Source: Candidatus Chisholmbacteria bacterium RIFCSPHIGHO2_01_FULL_52_32
Lineage (GTDB): Bacteria > Patescibacteriota > Microgenomatia > UBA1400 > Chisholmbacteraceae
Direction of reading: 5' to 3'
DNA: 64,000 nucleotides
Assembly (NCBI GenBank): GCA_001816585.1
Contig: MHCJ01000003.1
Span: 284,228-348,227 of the forward strand
A program made the position numbers and the translations under genes. Of this stretch, positions 19,291-31,544 are shown piece after piece (position 1 is the stretch's first letter; each line of letters begins with the position of its first letter). Below the pieces are notes generated by a model. The model did not search any database. It was not told where the DNA came from and saw only the letters and a program-made list of their open reading frames with translations.

Positions 19291-19719
19291 TTAAGAAAAT
19301 GTCTGTCCGTGGTGCTTTCGGGCTCTGGCAACTTTGAGCTCCAGGACCGCCTTTTTTAGCGAGGCTTCGGCGAGGAGGATTTCCGTACGGGATACCCTTT
19401 GCTTTAAAAGTTCTTCAGCTCTGGTTTTGGCTTCCTCGGCTTTTCGGATATCGATCTCCTCTGCCCTGACGGCGCTGTCGACGAGGATGGTGACCGTATT
19501 TTCGGATGAAACGTCAATAAATCCGGCCCCGGTCACGAGTTCAATAGTCTGATCACCTTTTCGAACTGTGATTGTTCCCGTATTGAGACTCGAGAAGAAT
19601 GGCGTATGATGAGCCAGGATCGTGACCGCTCCTTCTGAAGCATAGGCGGTTACCGACTCCGCCGTGTCCTGGTAGAGCACGGTGTCTTGAGAGATGACTT
19701 CAAGCGAGAAGAGTTCCAT
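19291..19719 (-). CDS. atpC: ATP synthase epsilon subunit
   Basis: G.VTILAHHTP; last gene of the atp operon. Confidence 0.92.
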   Translation of the reverse strand: MELFSLEVISQDTVLYQDTAESVTAYASEGAVTILAHHTPFFSSLNTGTITVRKGDQTIELVTGAGFIDVSSENTVTILVDSAVRAEEIDIRKAEEAKTRAEELLKQRVSRTEILLAEASLKKAVLELKVARARKHHGQTFS

Positions 19720-19726
19720 AATAGGC

Positions 19727-19854
19727 AGTTAATAGTTAAAAATTAAAAGTTAAAAGTTAAAAACCCAAATCAAGCAGTTAAAAGTTCAAAATTATAAGTT
19801 TGGTTCTATATAATAACCTCTGTTCCCATTGTTTCCTGTAAACTTTTGACTTTA
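19727..19854. repeat. Heptamer tract (AGTTAAA-like x5 plus x2) with inverted copies at the far end
   Basis: agttaat agttaaa aattaaa agttaaa agttaaa ... aacttttgacttt between atpD and atpC. Confidence 0.75.
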
Positions 19855-19859
19855 GGCTA

Positions 19860-21726
<1,867 letters not shown>

Positions 21727-21740
21727 ACTGTTTCTTTCCG

Positions 21741-22640
21741 CTATGCTGACAACGCCTTCCGGGATGTAACCAAGTCAGCAATTTCACTGGTGATCGACTG
21801 CTGCCTATCCTTGTTGTATATGAGCGTTAGGTCTTGGATGATCTCAGCCGCGTTGTCTGAAGCGCTTTTCATCGCAACCATTCTGGCGCTCTGTTCCGAC
21901 GCCAACGCTTCGAGGGCCGTCTGATACACTTGCATTTCTATGTAGTGAGGAAGCAGCGCTTCCATGACCGTATCCGCATCGGGTTCAAACAGATAATCCT
22001 TCAGAGGTCTGATGAGGGTTTCGGAGGTTTCTTTCAGCTTCTTTGTCTCTATCGGAAGGAGACGGAATGAGTTTACTTCCTGTTTAAGGGTGGTGACAAA
22101 GTCCGTATAGACGATATAAACCTGCTTAAATTTTCCACTCATAAACCCTTCGATCGCGAGTTTAGCAATCGGGCTTACGTCTTCAAATTTCGGTCGCTCG
22201 GGGAGGTTTGTAAACTCTGCGTAGAGCGCTTGACCGGTTTTTAAAACATAGTCTCGGGATTTTCTGCCGACTGCAATGTACTCAAAACTTAACATTTGCT
22301 CTCGCATTTCTTCATGAAGAGCAAGCTTGAACTCTTCCATGGCTCGAAAAAGGTTCGTGTTTAAGGCGCCGCAAAGCCCGCGGTCGGAGGAGATAAGTAT
22401 TATTCCGGTTGCTCCTATGCTGTCAGGGAAAGACCTCAGCATTGGATGTTTGTCGGAGCGAATTCTGGTTGCCAGTTGAGAGAGGATTTCGCGCAATTTT
22501 GTAGAGTATGGCCTGGTAGTCAGCGCCTTTTCTTGGGCTCTTCGCATTTTTGAAGCAGCAACCATCTCCATGGCCTTGGTAATTTGTTTAATATTTTTTG
22601 CGGATCGGATTCTGCGTTTAATGATCTTAATTGCAGCCAT
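21741..22640 (-). CDS. atpG: ATP synthase gamma subunit
   Basis: QITKAMEMVAASK, DRGLCG, EQSARMVAM, RQQSITSEI. Confidence 0.97.
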   Translation of the reverse strand: MAAIKIIKRRIRSAKNIKQITKAMEMVAASKMRRAQEKALTTRPYSTKLREILSQLATRIRSDKHPMLRSFPDSIGATGIILISSDRGLCGALNTNLFRAMEEFKLALHEEMREQMLSFEYIAVGRKSRDYVLKTGQALYAEFTNLPERPKFEDVSPIAKLAIEGFMSGKFKQVYIVYTDFVTTLKQEVNSFRLLPIETKKLKETSETLIRPLKDYLFEPDADTVMEALLPHYIEMQVYQTALEALASEQSARMVAMKSASDNAAEIIQDLTLIYNKDRQQSITSEIADLVTSRKALSA

Positions 22641-22641
22641 A

Positions 22642-24189
22642 TTATTCTTCCTCAAGCATCAAGCCGCTTTCTATGGCGTTAAATGTTGTTGCGGCTTTTG
22701 TTAGCTCATCCTCGAGTTCGCCGGTCATTTCCGGTATTTGTCTGAGATGTTCGAGAATCTCCGGATGTGCCGTGTCGAGATATTGGATGAACAATCGTTC
22801 CCACTGGCGACATTGATCTTTCTTTACAGGGTCGAGAAAACCATTCGTTGCAGCCCAAATGATAACCACTTGGTGTTCGAGGGGAGCAGGCTCATCCCAC
22901 CCTTGTTTGAGGATTTCCGTGATGCGGGCCCCTCGCTCGAGTTGGCTTTGTGTTTTTGGATCAAGGTCGGAGGCGAACTGTGCGAATGCCGCCAACTCTC
23001 GATACTGCGCCAGATCCAAGCGGAGTTTTCCCGCCACCCTTTTCATGGCTTTCGCCTGTGCAGCACCGCCTACTCTCGAGACAGACAAGCCCACGTTTAT
23101 CGCCGGCCGTACTCCTGCGTAAAACAGGTCCGGTTCGAGGTAAATTTGGCCGTCGGTGATTGAGATAATATTGGTCGGAATATACGATGAAAGATCTCCC
23201 GCCTGAGTTTCAACAATTGGCAGGGCAGTGAGAGATCCGCCGCCGCGCTTTTTGTTCAGCTTGCAGGCACGCTCGAGTACGCGGGAGTGCAGGTAAAAAA
23301 TGTCTCCTGGGTACGCCTCTCTGCCCGAGGGCCGATGGAGGAGCAAGGAAAGCTCTCGATAAGACCATGCGTGTTTCGTGAGATCATCGTAAATGACTAA
23401 GGCATCACGGCCGTTATAGGCAAAATACTCCCCCAATGCACAGCCTGCATAGGGCGCGATGTACTGGAGCGTTGCCGGATCTGCTGCGGTTGCTGCTACG
23501 ATTATCGTGTGATCCAAGGCGTCAAACTGCTCGAGTATAGATACGAGTTTTGCCACGAATGAGGCTCTCTGCCCGATGACGACGTAGATACAGACAACAC
23601 CTGATCCTTTTTGGTTGATGATGGTCGTGATCGGGAGCGATGACTTCCCTGTGCCACGATCCCCAATGATGAGTTCTCGCTGACCTCTGCCGATGGGAAT
23701 CATGCTGTCGATGGCTTTCACCCCGGTTTGGAGCGGTACATGAACAGGCTCACGCTCAATAACCCCGGGAGCAAGACGCTCCAACGGGTAAAACTCTGTC
23801 TCTTTCGGCTTTGGTTTCCCATCCAAAGGGAAACCTAATGGGTCGATTACCCTGCCGATGAACGCATTCCCCACCGGAACCGAGAGTAAACGACCGGTAG
23901 TGTGGACCAAATCGCCTTCTTTGATGTGTTTATGCTCACCGAGGATAATCGTCCCGATCCGGTTTTCTTCGAGATTTACTGCAAGACCGAAGGTTTTTTT
24001 GGGAAATAACAAAAGTTCGTTATACATCACCTTGTAAAGGCCCCTTACCATTGCAACGCCATCACCCGCACTCTCCACGACTCCCACGCTCTCCGTCTTT
24101 AGTTCTGTTGTCTCCGCTTCCACCTTGGCTGTTTGATCAGAAATGAAGTCCAGAATTCTGGTGTACTCTTTGGCGAGGTTTCTTTTCAT
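22642..24189 (-). CDS. atpA: ATP synthase alpha subunit
   Basis: [31 protein letters not shown]. Confidence 0.97.
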   Translation of the reverse strand: MKRNLAKEYTRILDFISDQTAKVEAETTELKTESVGVVESAGDGVAMVRGLYKVMYNELLLFPKKTFGLAVNLEENRIGTIILGEHKHIKEGDLVHTTGRLLSVPVGNAFIGRVIDPLGFPLDGKPKPKETEFYPLERLAPGVIEREPVHVPLQTGVKAIDSMIPIGRGQRELIIGDRGTGKSSLPITTIINQKGSGVVCIYVVIGQRASFVAKLVSILEQFDALDHTIIVAATAADPATLQYIAPYAGCALGEYFAYNGRDALVIYDDLTKHAWSYRELSLLLHRPSGREAYPGDIFYLHSRVLERACKLNKKRGGGSLTALPIVETQAGDLSSYIPTNIISITDGQIYLEPDLFYAGVRPAINVGLSVSRVGGAAQAKAMKRVAGKLRLDLAQYRELAAFAQFASDLDPKTQSQLERGARITEILKQGWDEPAPLEHQVVIIWAATNGFLDPVKKDQCRQWERLFIQYLDTAHPEILEHLRQIPEMTGELEDELTKAATTFNAIESGLMLEEE

Positions 24190-24473
24190 GGAAGAAGTCT
24201 TTCCTTCAGTTTTTCGATTTTGGCCCGAAGCGTTGCGTCGATGGCTTTATCCCCGATTTTGATGTACAAGCCGCCAATAACAGAATCGTCCAGTCGATTT
24301 TCAATTTTGTAGATTCCTCCGAACAGGCCCGCGAGAATTTGCTCGATCTCCCTGCGTTGAAACGGGGATAGGGCAACGACAGAAACAACGAGGGCTGCTT
24401 TTGCCTTTGTCTCGATTGCTCTTTTCTGTTCTGCCTCAGAGGCGACCTTTATCTGACGTTTTTTCCGCCACAT
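24186..24473 (-). CDS. atpH: ATP synthase delta subunit (C-terminal domain only)
   Basis: [19 protein letters not shown]; position between atpF and atpA; only 95 aa. Confidence 0.82.
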   Translation of the reverse strand: MWRKKRQIKVASEAEQKRAIETKAKAALVVSVVALSPFQRREIEQILAGLFGGIYKIENRLDDSVIGGLYIKIGDKAIDATLRAKIEKLKERLLP

Positions 24474-24474
24474 T

Positions 24475-24966
24475 CTAGGTTTTCTTCATCTTTTTTAGGC
24501 GCTCGATTTGGGCATGAATGATTGCTTTCTGATCGTGCGGCGTCAACGTGTCTTTCAAGAGCGTCTCTGTAGTTGCGACAACGGTTTGGGTAAACTTTCG
24601 CTCAAGCTCATGTTCCATCTGGTGAACCCGTGCCTTTGCGATATTTTCTGCTTTCTGAATCTTTGTTTCGGCTTCTTGATGCGCTTTTTCGAGAAGACCC
24701 TTTTCCACTTTTTCGGCTCTGATCCTGGCACCTTCCAAAATCTTATGTGCGTCCTTTTGCGCAGCGATTACCAACTTCTTTTTTTCATGCTCAAGCTTTT
24801 CCTGTTCGAGGATGCTCTTTTCGGCAGCCTCCAAGCCATCTCTAATCTTTCTTGCCCGCTGTTCAAGGATTCTTAAGATTGGGCCATACAGGTATTTTTT
24901 CAGAAGGAATAAAAGGATGGCAAAGTTCACGATCTGGAATAGTATCTGAAAAAAATTGATATTCAT
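24475..24966 (-). CDS. atpF: ATP synthase b subunit
   Basis: QIVNFAILLFLL...PI...R...I N-terminus followed by coiled coil. Confidence 0.93.
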   Translation of the reverse strand: MNINFFQILFQIVNFAILLFLLKKYLYGPILRILEQRARKIRDGLEAAEKSILEQEKLEHEKKKLVIAAQKDAHKILEGARIRAEKVEKGLLEKAHQEAETKIQKAENIAKARVHQMEHELERKFTQTVVATTETLLKDTLTPHDQKAIIHAQIERLKKMKKT

Positions 24967-24975
24967 AGACCTTCC

Positions 24976-25191
24976 TTAAGTGAATTTCAGGATGAGGGCC
25001 ATTACCAGCGAGTAAATAGCAATGGCCTCAGCGAATGCTATACCTAAGATCATGACGGTCTGCACACGTGCCGATGCTTCGGGATTTCTCCCCATTGCTT
25101 CCAGAGCCTTGGCCACGATCAGTCCGATTGCTATTGCCGGTCCCATTCCTCCCATAGCGATTGTAAATCCCACAACAAAGTTTTCTGTCAT
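24976..25191 (-). CDS. atpE: ATP synthase c subunit
   Basis: RNPE loop, ion-binding Glu in AFAEAIAIY. Confidence 0.96.
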   Translation of the reverse strand: MTENFVVGFTIAMGGMGPAIAIGLIVAKALEAMGRNPEASARVQTVMILGIAFAEAIAIYSLVMALILKFT

Positions 25192-25238
25192 TATTGTTTC
25201 ACCTCCTTCTTTGATCTCGAACCGTTCCCCTGTCCATT

Positions 25239-25997
25239 CTAATGTTCTTCTTCATGGGGAAGCGTTGCCGTGTTCATAAACACCAACGTCAAGATTGCAA
25301 ATACCAAGGCCTGAATGAGCCCGATGAAAATTTCAAGTCCCATGAACGGCAGCGGAGCGAGGAAAGGGATTAACGCCAGACTGACTGCCAGGAGGACTTC
25401 TCCGGCAAAAATATTTCCGAAAAGCCGGAAGGCAAAGGAAATGATTTTTGACAATTCCGAGATGATGTCAAGAAGTCCCATGACAAATTTCATAGGATTC
25501 TTGAAATTAATGAAGCGTTGAAAATACGCAAAGCTTAAGTGTTTAAATCCCACAATCTGGATCATGCTTACTGAAATGAGCGCAAGGCCCAAGGTCGCAT
25601 TAAAGTCTGCTGAAGGCGGTCGAACGAGCGGGGCAAAGAGCGTTTTACCTTCATGGTCCATTCCCATGATTCCGATTGTCCCGACACCGGGCAGTAACTC
25701 CAGCCAATTAGAAAACAGGATGTAGAGGAAAAACGTCGCAATCAGCGGAAAGAATTCTTTCGTCTTCGCTTCGCCTGCAACAGAGACCATGAGATTATAT
25801 AAACTTTCGATGATCATTTCCGCAACATTCTGAACACCCTTAACCGACTTGCTCAGTTTGAGGTTCCTGGAAAGCCAAAAGGAAAAACCCACCAAAAAGA
25901 CCGAAACCGCAATGCCGGTAAGCATCGAGTTCGTGATGTCGATGTTTCCCAAACGAAAAAGCGGCTCTGCCGATATCGAAACGTTTAGTTTCGTCAT
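25239..25997 (-). CDS. atpB: ATP synthase a subunit
   Basis: FRLFGNIFAGE, IQALVFAIL. Confidence 0.96.
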   Translation of the reverse strand: MTKLNVSISAEPLFRLGNIDITNSMLTGIAVSVFLVGFSFWLSRNLKLSKSVKGVQNVAEMIIESLYNLMVSVAGEAKTKEFFPLIATFFLYILFSNWLELLPGVGTIGIMGMDHEGKTLFAPLVRPPSADFNATLGLALISVSMIQIVGFKHLSFAYFQRFINFKNPMKFVMGLLDIISELSKIISFAFRLFGNIFAGEVLLAVSLALIPFLAPLPFMGLEIFIGLIQALVFAILTLVFMNTATLPHEEEH

Positions 25998-26024
25998 GGA
26001 AAGTTCACCCCAATTTTAACTTCT

Positions 26025-26864
26025 CTAGTCTTTCGCTGTCAAGGTAAAGGGATGGCGTATTTCTTTAAGCTTTGCCAGTCCATCCTTCGCTATTGCCCGT
26101 AAGTACGGTGAATTACACGCCACGAAGAAGGCCACGATTTCCTCCAGTTGTTTGACAATGTCACGCCGGAGCGGAAATTTCTCCTTGACAAGCTTGTGCG
26201 TTTTCAGACGCGTTTCCGAGTCAAAAACCGGTGTCGTATGTTTTTCCCCCTGGAGTTGTTGGATCTGCCGAAGTAGGTGGACTCTCATCTTTTCTTCCGT
26301 TTCTTTAATTGTTTTATTGATGATGAATTTCTGGTTCTGGATAAGGAGATCGATCACTTTCATAAGCAGGTTTTTCCGGACTATATACGATTGTTCTCCC
26401 CGAGAACCACCGGCTGTGGGTTTTCCTGCCAACAAGAACTTCAGCCCCAGTATAATCGTTTCCTCCTGTTTCAGCGTGGCATTAAACCAGATCGGACCCA
26501 AGAGGTCTGAAGTAATTTGCATACGAGTCAAGTGGCTTTTGTCGTTACGGTTGTTGATCCTTGGATCAGTTGCCCAGAAGATCAGCTTTGCGATCAGCCT
26601 GGTTCTTTTATTGGGATCGTGTAGTGCTGCAAGGATCTCGTTACGGACGGTTTCTGGGTAAATCGGGCCATCTCCGGGTCTGCGGGGAGGAAACGCACCA
26701 AAATGACGAGAAGCCACCTCTGCCCCGAGCAGGTTGAGCATGATATCCCTACGGACGAGATTGTCGTTTTGTACGGCTAATGCAACGAACGGATCGTACT
26801 TCATCCAGGCTACCACCGCCTTTTCAAACAGCGGAGCGCTTTTATTTTTTGGTTTGGCTTCCAT
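26025..26864 (-). CDS. Hypothetical helical protein
   Basis: 279-aa ORF; TAAAAT 9 nt before ATG; no recognised motif. Confidence 0.65.
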   Translation of the reverse strand: MEAKPKNKSAPLFEKAVVAWMKYDPFVALAVQNDNLVRRDIMLNLLGAEVASRHFGAFPPRRPGDGPIYPETVRNEILAALHDPNKRTRLIAKLIFWATDPRINNRNDKSHLTRMQITSDLLGPIWFNATLKQEETIILGLKFLLAGKPTAGGSRGEQSYIVRKNLLMKVIDLLIQNQKFIINKTIKETEEKMRVHLLRQIQQLQGEKHTTPVFDSETRLKTHKLVKEKFPLRRDIVKQLEEIVAFFVACNSPYLRAIAKDGLAKLKEIRHPFTLTAKD

Positions 26865-26940
26865 GGCCTGCCCATTTTACCACGCTTCCTCTTTTTGGTT
26901 TGTTGAGGACCATTCAGTTTCTCTGGTATAATTTCAATGC

Positions 26941-27012
26941 GGGCCCGTAGCTCAGCGGCAGAGCGACAGCCTTTTAAGCTGTGCGTCGGAGGTTCGACTC
27001 CTCCCGGGCTCA
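26941..27012 (+). tRNA. tRNA-Lys(TTT)
   Basis: Cloverleaf; anticodon arm ACAGC-CTTTTAA-GCTGT; GGTTCGACTCC. Confidence 0.95.
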
Positions 27013-27036
27013 CACGATAAAGCAAAATTAAAAAAT

Positions 27037-27108
27037 GCCCCCTTAGTCTAGAGGTCAGGACGTCGGGTTTTCATCCCGGAAACAGGGGTTCGATTCCCCT
27101 AGGGGGCG
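27037..27108 (+). tRNA. tRNA-Glu(TTC)
   Basis: GCCCCCT/AGGGGGC acceptor; loop TTTTCAT; GGTTCGATTCC. Confidence 0.95.
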
Positions 27109-27118
27109 CAGAGTTAAT

Positions 27119-27153
27119 AGGGTTTTGGGTAAAGGGTTTAGGGTATAGGGTTT
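27119..27153 (+). repeat. Heptamer G-tract repeat (WGGGTWW x5)
   Basis: agggttt tgggtaa agggttt agggtat agggttt. Confidence 0.8.
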
Positions 27154-27176
27154 AAAGGCCAGGAATTAGTCACGGT

Positions 27177-29036
27177 TTAAGTGCTGAGGAGTTCAAGTGT
27201 CTTTTCGACAATTGCTCGTTTGGAAATATCTTCATAATCAAGCAATTCTTCCATCGTCCCGCTCGTCGGTTGTTTTGTGACCGCGAGTGAGTGGATAGGA
27301 ACTTTTTGGTTGAAAAGAGCGCTTCGCACCGCTTCGCCTATCCCTCCCTCGGGATAATGATCCTCAACCGTAATGAATGCTTTGGTTTCCCTGGCGCAAC
27401 GGGTGAGCGTCTCGATGTCGATGGGCTTTATGGAGTACAGATCGACGACACGGATGAAGATACCTTGCTTTTTTAGCTGCTCATATGCTGCCAGAGTTTC
27501 ATGAAGTGTTATCCCTGCGGCGATTACCGTTACGGAATCGTTCTCGCTGCTTTTAAGAATCTTGCACTTTCCAATTTGAAATTGTTCATCCTCGCCATAA
27601 ATAACCGGCGTATCATTTCTTGTTACCCGCAGGTATACGATCCCGGGATGCTCTATTGCTTTTTCGATGAGTTTTTCACAGGACACCGCATCGGAGGGGT
27701 AGAGGACGATGCTTCCCAAAAGACCGCGAAACAACGCGATATCCTCAAGTCCCATTTGGGATGGTCCGTCAGTATTGATCGAGACACCTGCAAAGGAACC
27801 GGCAAATTTGACATTGGCATTTGCATACTGGAGCATCCGCAGCTGGTCATGAGTTCTGGTGAAAAACGCGGCAAAGGTTGAGACAAAAGGAATTTTCCCG
27901 CGCAAGCTTAAGCCGAGTGCGATTCCCACCATGTTTTGTTCAGCGATGTACATCTCGAAATATCGCTTGGGAAAGTACTCTTCGAAGGTTTGCGCAAAGG
28001 TTGAGTTTTTCACTTCCGCGTCCAGAGCTATGACTTTGGGATTGCGAAAGCCGATTCGAACGAGTGCGACCCCATACGCTCGTCGTACCGAGATCCTATC
28101 ACCTACCTTGTACGACGGAAGTTCCGTAAGAGGTTTTTCCGGTTGGCCTTTCTGTAGCTTTGGCAATATGCTTTGCGGTTTTCCGAGCGCACCACGTGCG
28201 GAAACATCAATTGGTCCGAGCTCTTTTTCCGCACTGTCAAATTCAGCTACTGATAAGGCTTTCCCATGCCAACCTTCTTTATTTTCAGTGAATGATACAC
28301 CCTTCCCCTTGAGCGTTTTTGCGATGATCGCAGTTGGTTTTTCAGCCTCTGTTAATGCTTCGTGATAGGCATGGAAGACTTTGGCTAGGTCGTGGCCATC
28401 GTCAATGGGTATCGCTCGCCATCCGAAGGCACTCAGTCGTTCTGCGTAGGCCGAAATGTCATGTCCGTACATCGTCTCGCCGCGTTGCCCGAGGCGGTTC
28501 ACGTCGATTACGCCAACCAAGTTATTGAGTTTGTAATGTGCGGCAAGCTGGATCGCTTCCCAAACAGAACCTTCCGACATTTCGCTGTCGCCGAGAAGGA
28601 CATACGTTCTGTAGGGCAGTTCGTCGAGAAGCTTCGCATTCAGCGCCAGACCAACCCCGACGGAGAGCCCCTGGCCTAAAGACCCCGTGGGGGCTTCCAC
28701 GAAGGGCAAGTCCTTCGCCGGGTGACCTTCCAGACGGCTGCCCATTTTCCGAAGTGTCAGGAGTTCTTTTTCTTCAATTGCGCCTGCTAAGGTATAGAGC
28801 GCATACAGAAGCGGGGCCGCATGTCCCTTTGAAAAAATAAGACGGTCGTTGTTGGGATTGTTCGGATTGGAAAGGTCGGCGCGGAATAAACCGCCAAAGA
28901 GAAGTGTCACCATGAGCTCAACGGAAGAGAGGGCCGAAGTGGGATGTCCGGAGCCAGCCTCGGTGGTTGAACGAAGAATCCAGTACCGAATTGTTTTTGA
29001 AAATTCACTCAACCTTCTTTTTTTCGAATCATCCAT
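27177..29036 (-). CDS. tkt: Transketolase
   Basis: SGHP, SKGHA, GSLGQG, GDSE, IAEQNM, DGPSQM. Confidence 0.94.
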   Translation of the reverse strand: MDDSKKRRLSEFSKTIRYWILRSTTEAGSGHPTSALSSVELMVTLLFGGLFRADLSNPNNPNNDRLIFSKGHAAPLLYALYTLAGAIEEKELLTLRKMGSRLEGHPAKDLPFVEAPTGSLGQGLSVGVGLALNAKLLDELPYRTYVLLGDSEMSEGSVWEAIQLAAHYKLNNLVGVIDVNRLGQRGETMYGHDISAYAERLSAFGWRAIPIDDGHDLAKVFHAYHEALTEAEKPTAIIAKTLKGKGVSFTENKEGWHGKALSVAEFDSAEKELGPIDVSARGALGKPQSILPKLQKGQPEKPLTELPSYKVGDRISVRRAYGVALVRIGFRNPKVIALDAEVKNSTFAQTFEEYFPKRYFEMYIAEQNMVGIALGLSLRGKIPFVSTFAAFFTRTHDQLRMLQYANANVKFAGSFAGVSINTDGPSQMGLEDIALFRGLLGSIVLYPSDAVSCEKLIEKAIEHPGIVYLRVTRNDTPVIYGEDEQFQIGKCKILKSSENDSVTVIAAGITLHETLAAYEQLKKQGIFIRVVDLYSIKPIDIETLTRCARETKAFITVEDHYPEGGIGEAVRSALFNQKVPIHSLAVTKQPTSGTMEELLDYEDISKRAIVEKTLELLST

Positions 29037-29094
29037 TTGACTTCATTCAGACACATCATCCCCCGCTTGTCAAAAGAGATGGGTCAGCTACTGT

Positions 29095-29454
29095 TTATGC
29101 CGTTACATTTTTGAGATGACGGATCGATTTCAGCTCGCCCTGTCCGGTTACCTCTATTGCTACGACGTCGACGCGCATGCTCGAAGGAGTCCTTCGGTTC
29201 AACTTCATAAAGATGTTTGCGGTGGTCAGGATCGATTTCAACTTCCTTTTTGTCACCGCCTCTACGGGATTTCCGTACCTCAAACTAAAGCGTGTTTTCA
29301 CCTCAACAAATACCAACGTTTTTTTGTCAAGAAGGATGAGATCGATCTCTCCGTACGGACAGGAGAAGTTGCGATCCAGAAGTTTGTAGCCAAGTTTTCT
29401 TAGGTAAAAAAGTGCCAGGTCCTCACCCCTGGCTCCCAGAAATCTTCGCTTCAC
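29095..29454 (-). CDS. YraN family (UPF0102) nuclease-like protein
   Basis: GEIDLI, LVFVEVKTR, RVDVVAI. Confidence 0.92.
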   Translation of the reverse strand: MKRRFLGARGEDLALFYLRKLGYKLLDRNFSCPYGEIDLILLDKKTLVFVEVKTRFSLRYGNPVEAVTKRKLKSILTTANIFMKLNRRTPSSMRVDVVAIEVTGQGELKSIRHLKNVTA

Positions 29455-29794
29455 CGTGATCTTGTTCTCCCTTTTGAGAACTTTTAACCTGCGCTTCTTT
29501 CCCGACTCTGTTCCTGAGATAGTAAAGCTTACTTTTCTTTGCGTACCCGCGCTTGATTACGGTAAGCCTGTCTATAGAGGGAGAGTTCACCGGCCAGATG
29601 CGTTCCACTCCGACCCCTCCGGCTGCCACCTTCCTGACCGTAAACGATTTCCCTGAATCCCGCCCTTTCATGGCAATTACGATGCCCTCGAACGCTTGGG
29701 TCCGCAGCTTTTCTTCTTCCCGAATCAATTGGTAGACACGAACGATGTCTCCGATGTGAACTGCCTTATTTTTGATTGTGGTTGTCATTGCCAT
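29423..29794 (-). CDS. rplS: 50S ribosomal protein L19
   Basis: QAFEGIVIA, FTVRK, GVERIWP, KLYYLR. Confidence 0.96.
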   Translation of the reverse strand: MAMTTTIKNKAVHIGDIVRVYQLIREEEKLRTQAFEGIVIAMKGRDSGKSFTVRKVAAGGVGVERIWPVNSPSIDRLTVIKRGYAKKSKLYYLRNRVGKEAQVKSSQKGEQDHGEAKISGSQG

Positions 29795-29846
29795 ATTGTA
29801 TCTCCAGTCGTCTGGGAGAGAATTTTACCAGAAACAGGCGATTTCC

Positions 29847-31505
29847 TCAATCTTTCGTTGTCGCAGCCTTTAAGAGGCCGATGAAGATTGGGTGGGGGGA
29901 GAGTGGGCGAGACATGTATTCAGGATGAAACTGTGTTCCAACAAAAAATGGATGGAGCTCCGGAGAGAGCTCCATTGCTTCGACGAGTTTTCCGTCCGGA
30001 CTTACACCGGAAATCAGATACCCTTTCTCTTCAAGCTCTTTTCTAAAAGTGTTGTTGACTTCGTAGCGGTGTCGGTGACGTTCTGAAACAATATTTCCTT
30101 TGATTGCGTTTACCATGTTTCCGTACTTTCGGTAGAGCCCGTTTAAGATGGTATTTTCATTTACTTTACACGGCCAGGCACCCAATCGAATGGTTCCGCC
30201 GAACTGATGCTTCTTCAAATACTCTCTCTGGTCCGGCATGATGTGAATAACCGGATATTTCGTCCTGGGATCGATCTCCTCGGAATTGGCCCCCGTTAAT
30301 CCCACGACGTTTCTCGCAAACTCAATCGTAGCCAGTTGCATGCCGAAGCAGAGACCCAAATAGGGTACCTTTCGCTCCCTGGCAAACTGCGCCGCGAGAA
30401 TCTTTCCCTCTGTTCCCCGACTCCCCCACCCTTGCGGAACGATAATGGCGTGCGGTTTTGCTTCTTCGAGGATCGCGGGGCCATGTTCTTCTAAACGTTT
30501 GGAGTCAATCGGGATGAGTTCTATCGACTTTTTGCAATAGGCTGCAGCGTGGTTCAAGGCTTCAAGAACCGAGATATAAACATCCTTGTGCTTATCCGCT
30601 CCATGTTTGACGTACTTTCCCACTAAGGCAATCCTCACCGGCTCTGTTCTGAGGTCGGTGTTTGCTACGAATTGCTCCCACTGCTTAAACGTATCTTCCC
30701 GGGCTTTAAGTCCGAACTCTTCGAGAATTTCTGTCGCAAGTCCAGCCATTTTTAAGGTTTCGGGAACTTTGTAGATGTTTGGATTGTCAGGATTGTCAAT
30801 AATGTGCTCACGATCAATAAAACAGCGGGCGGAAAGGGTTTCGAGCCTTGGTTCATCAATCGGAATTTCCCCCCTGGTGATGATAAAATTCGGAAAGATA
30901 CCGCTCTCCCTCAGATGAGCCACCGCATGCTGGGTTGGTTTTGTTTTTAACTCCCCGACATTCCTTAAGAACGGAAGGTAGGTTACCAGAATATAGATGG
31001 CGGGGTACTGGCGACCGAGTTCCCTTGCCGCATGCAGGAACGGTTGGTTCTCCAGATCCCCGGTCGTCCCCCCGATCTCCACCAAAACAATCTCATCGGT
31101 TTTTTTCACCGGGGCGAGGATCATCCGTTTTATTTCATCGATCACATCGGGGAACATTGAGGCATCCCTACCTTTGTATACCATGTGACGCTCGTTTTTT
31201 ATCACGTTTGAAAATACTTTCCCGGTCGTGATGTTATGGTCTCTGGTTAACGATTGGTTCAAAAACCGTTCGTAGTGTCCGAGGTCCTGATCGATTTCTC
31301 CGCCATCATCGGTGACAAATACTTCCCCGTGTTCAGCGGGGCGCATTGTCCCGGCATCGATAGAAATATACGGATCAATTTTGATTGCGGTTGCGTTAAA
31401 ACCGAGGGATTTTACAAGAAGCGCAATTGAGGCAGTCGTTATGCCTTTTCCAATACCCGATAGTACTCCTCCGATAACGAAGATGAATCTCGGAGAATTA
31501 TGCAT
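29847..31505 (-). CDS. pyrG: CTP synthase
   Basis: GGVLSGIGKG, EHGEVFV, KTKPTQH, GLCFGMQ, QFHPE. Confidence 0.96.
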   Translation of the reverse strand: MHNSPRFIFVIGGVLSGIGKGITTASIALLVKSLGFNATAIKIDPYISIDAGTMRPAEHGEVFVTDDGGEIDQDLGHYERFLNQSLTRDHNITTGKVFSNVIKNERHMVYKGRDASMFPDVIDEIKRMILAPVKKTDEIVLVEIGGTTGDLENQPFLHAARELGRQYPAIYILVTYLPFLRNVGELKTKPTQHAVAHLRESGIFPNFIITRGEIPIDEPRLETLSARCFIDREHIIDNPDNPNIYKVPETLKMAGLATEILEEFGLKAREDTFKQWEQFVANTDLRTEPVRIALVGKYVKHGADKHKDVYISVLEALNHAAAYCKKSIELIPIDSKRLEEHGPAILEEAKPHAIIVPQGWGSRGTEGKILAAQFARERKVPYLGLCFGMQLATIEFARNVVGLTGANSEEIDPRTKYPVIHIMPDQREYLKKHQFGGTIRLGAWPCKVNENTILNGLYRKYGNMVNAIKGNIVSERHRHRYEVNNTFRKELEEKGYLISGVSPDGKLVEAMELSPELHPFFVGTQFHPEYMSRPLSPHPIFIGLLKAATTKD

Positions 31506-31544
31506 ACCGTAGCCTATCACTCAATGCAACCTTAGGTCAATCTT

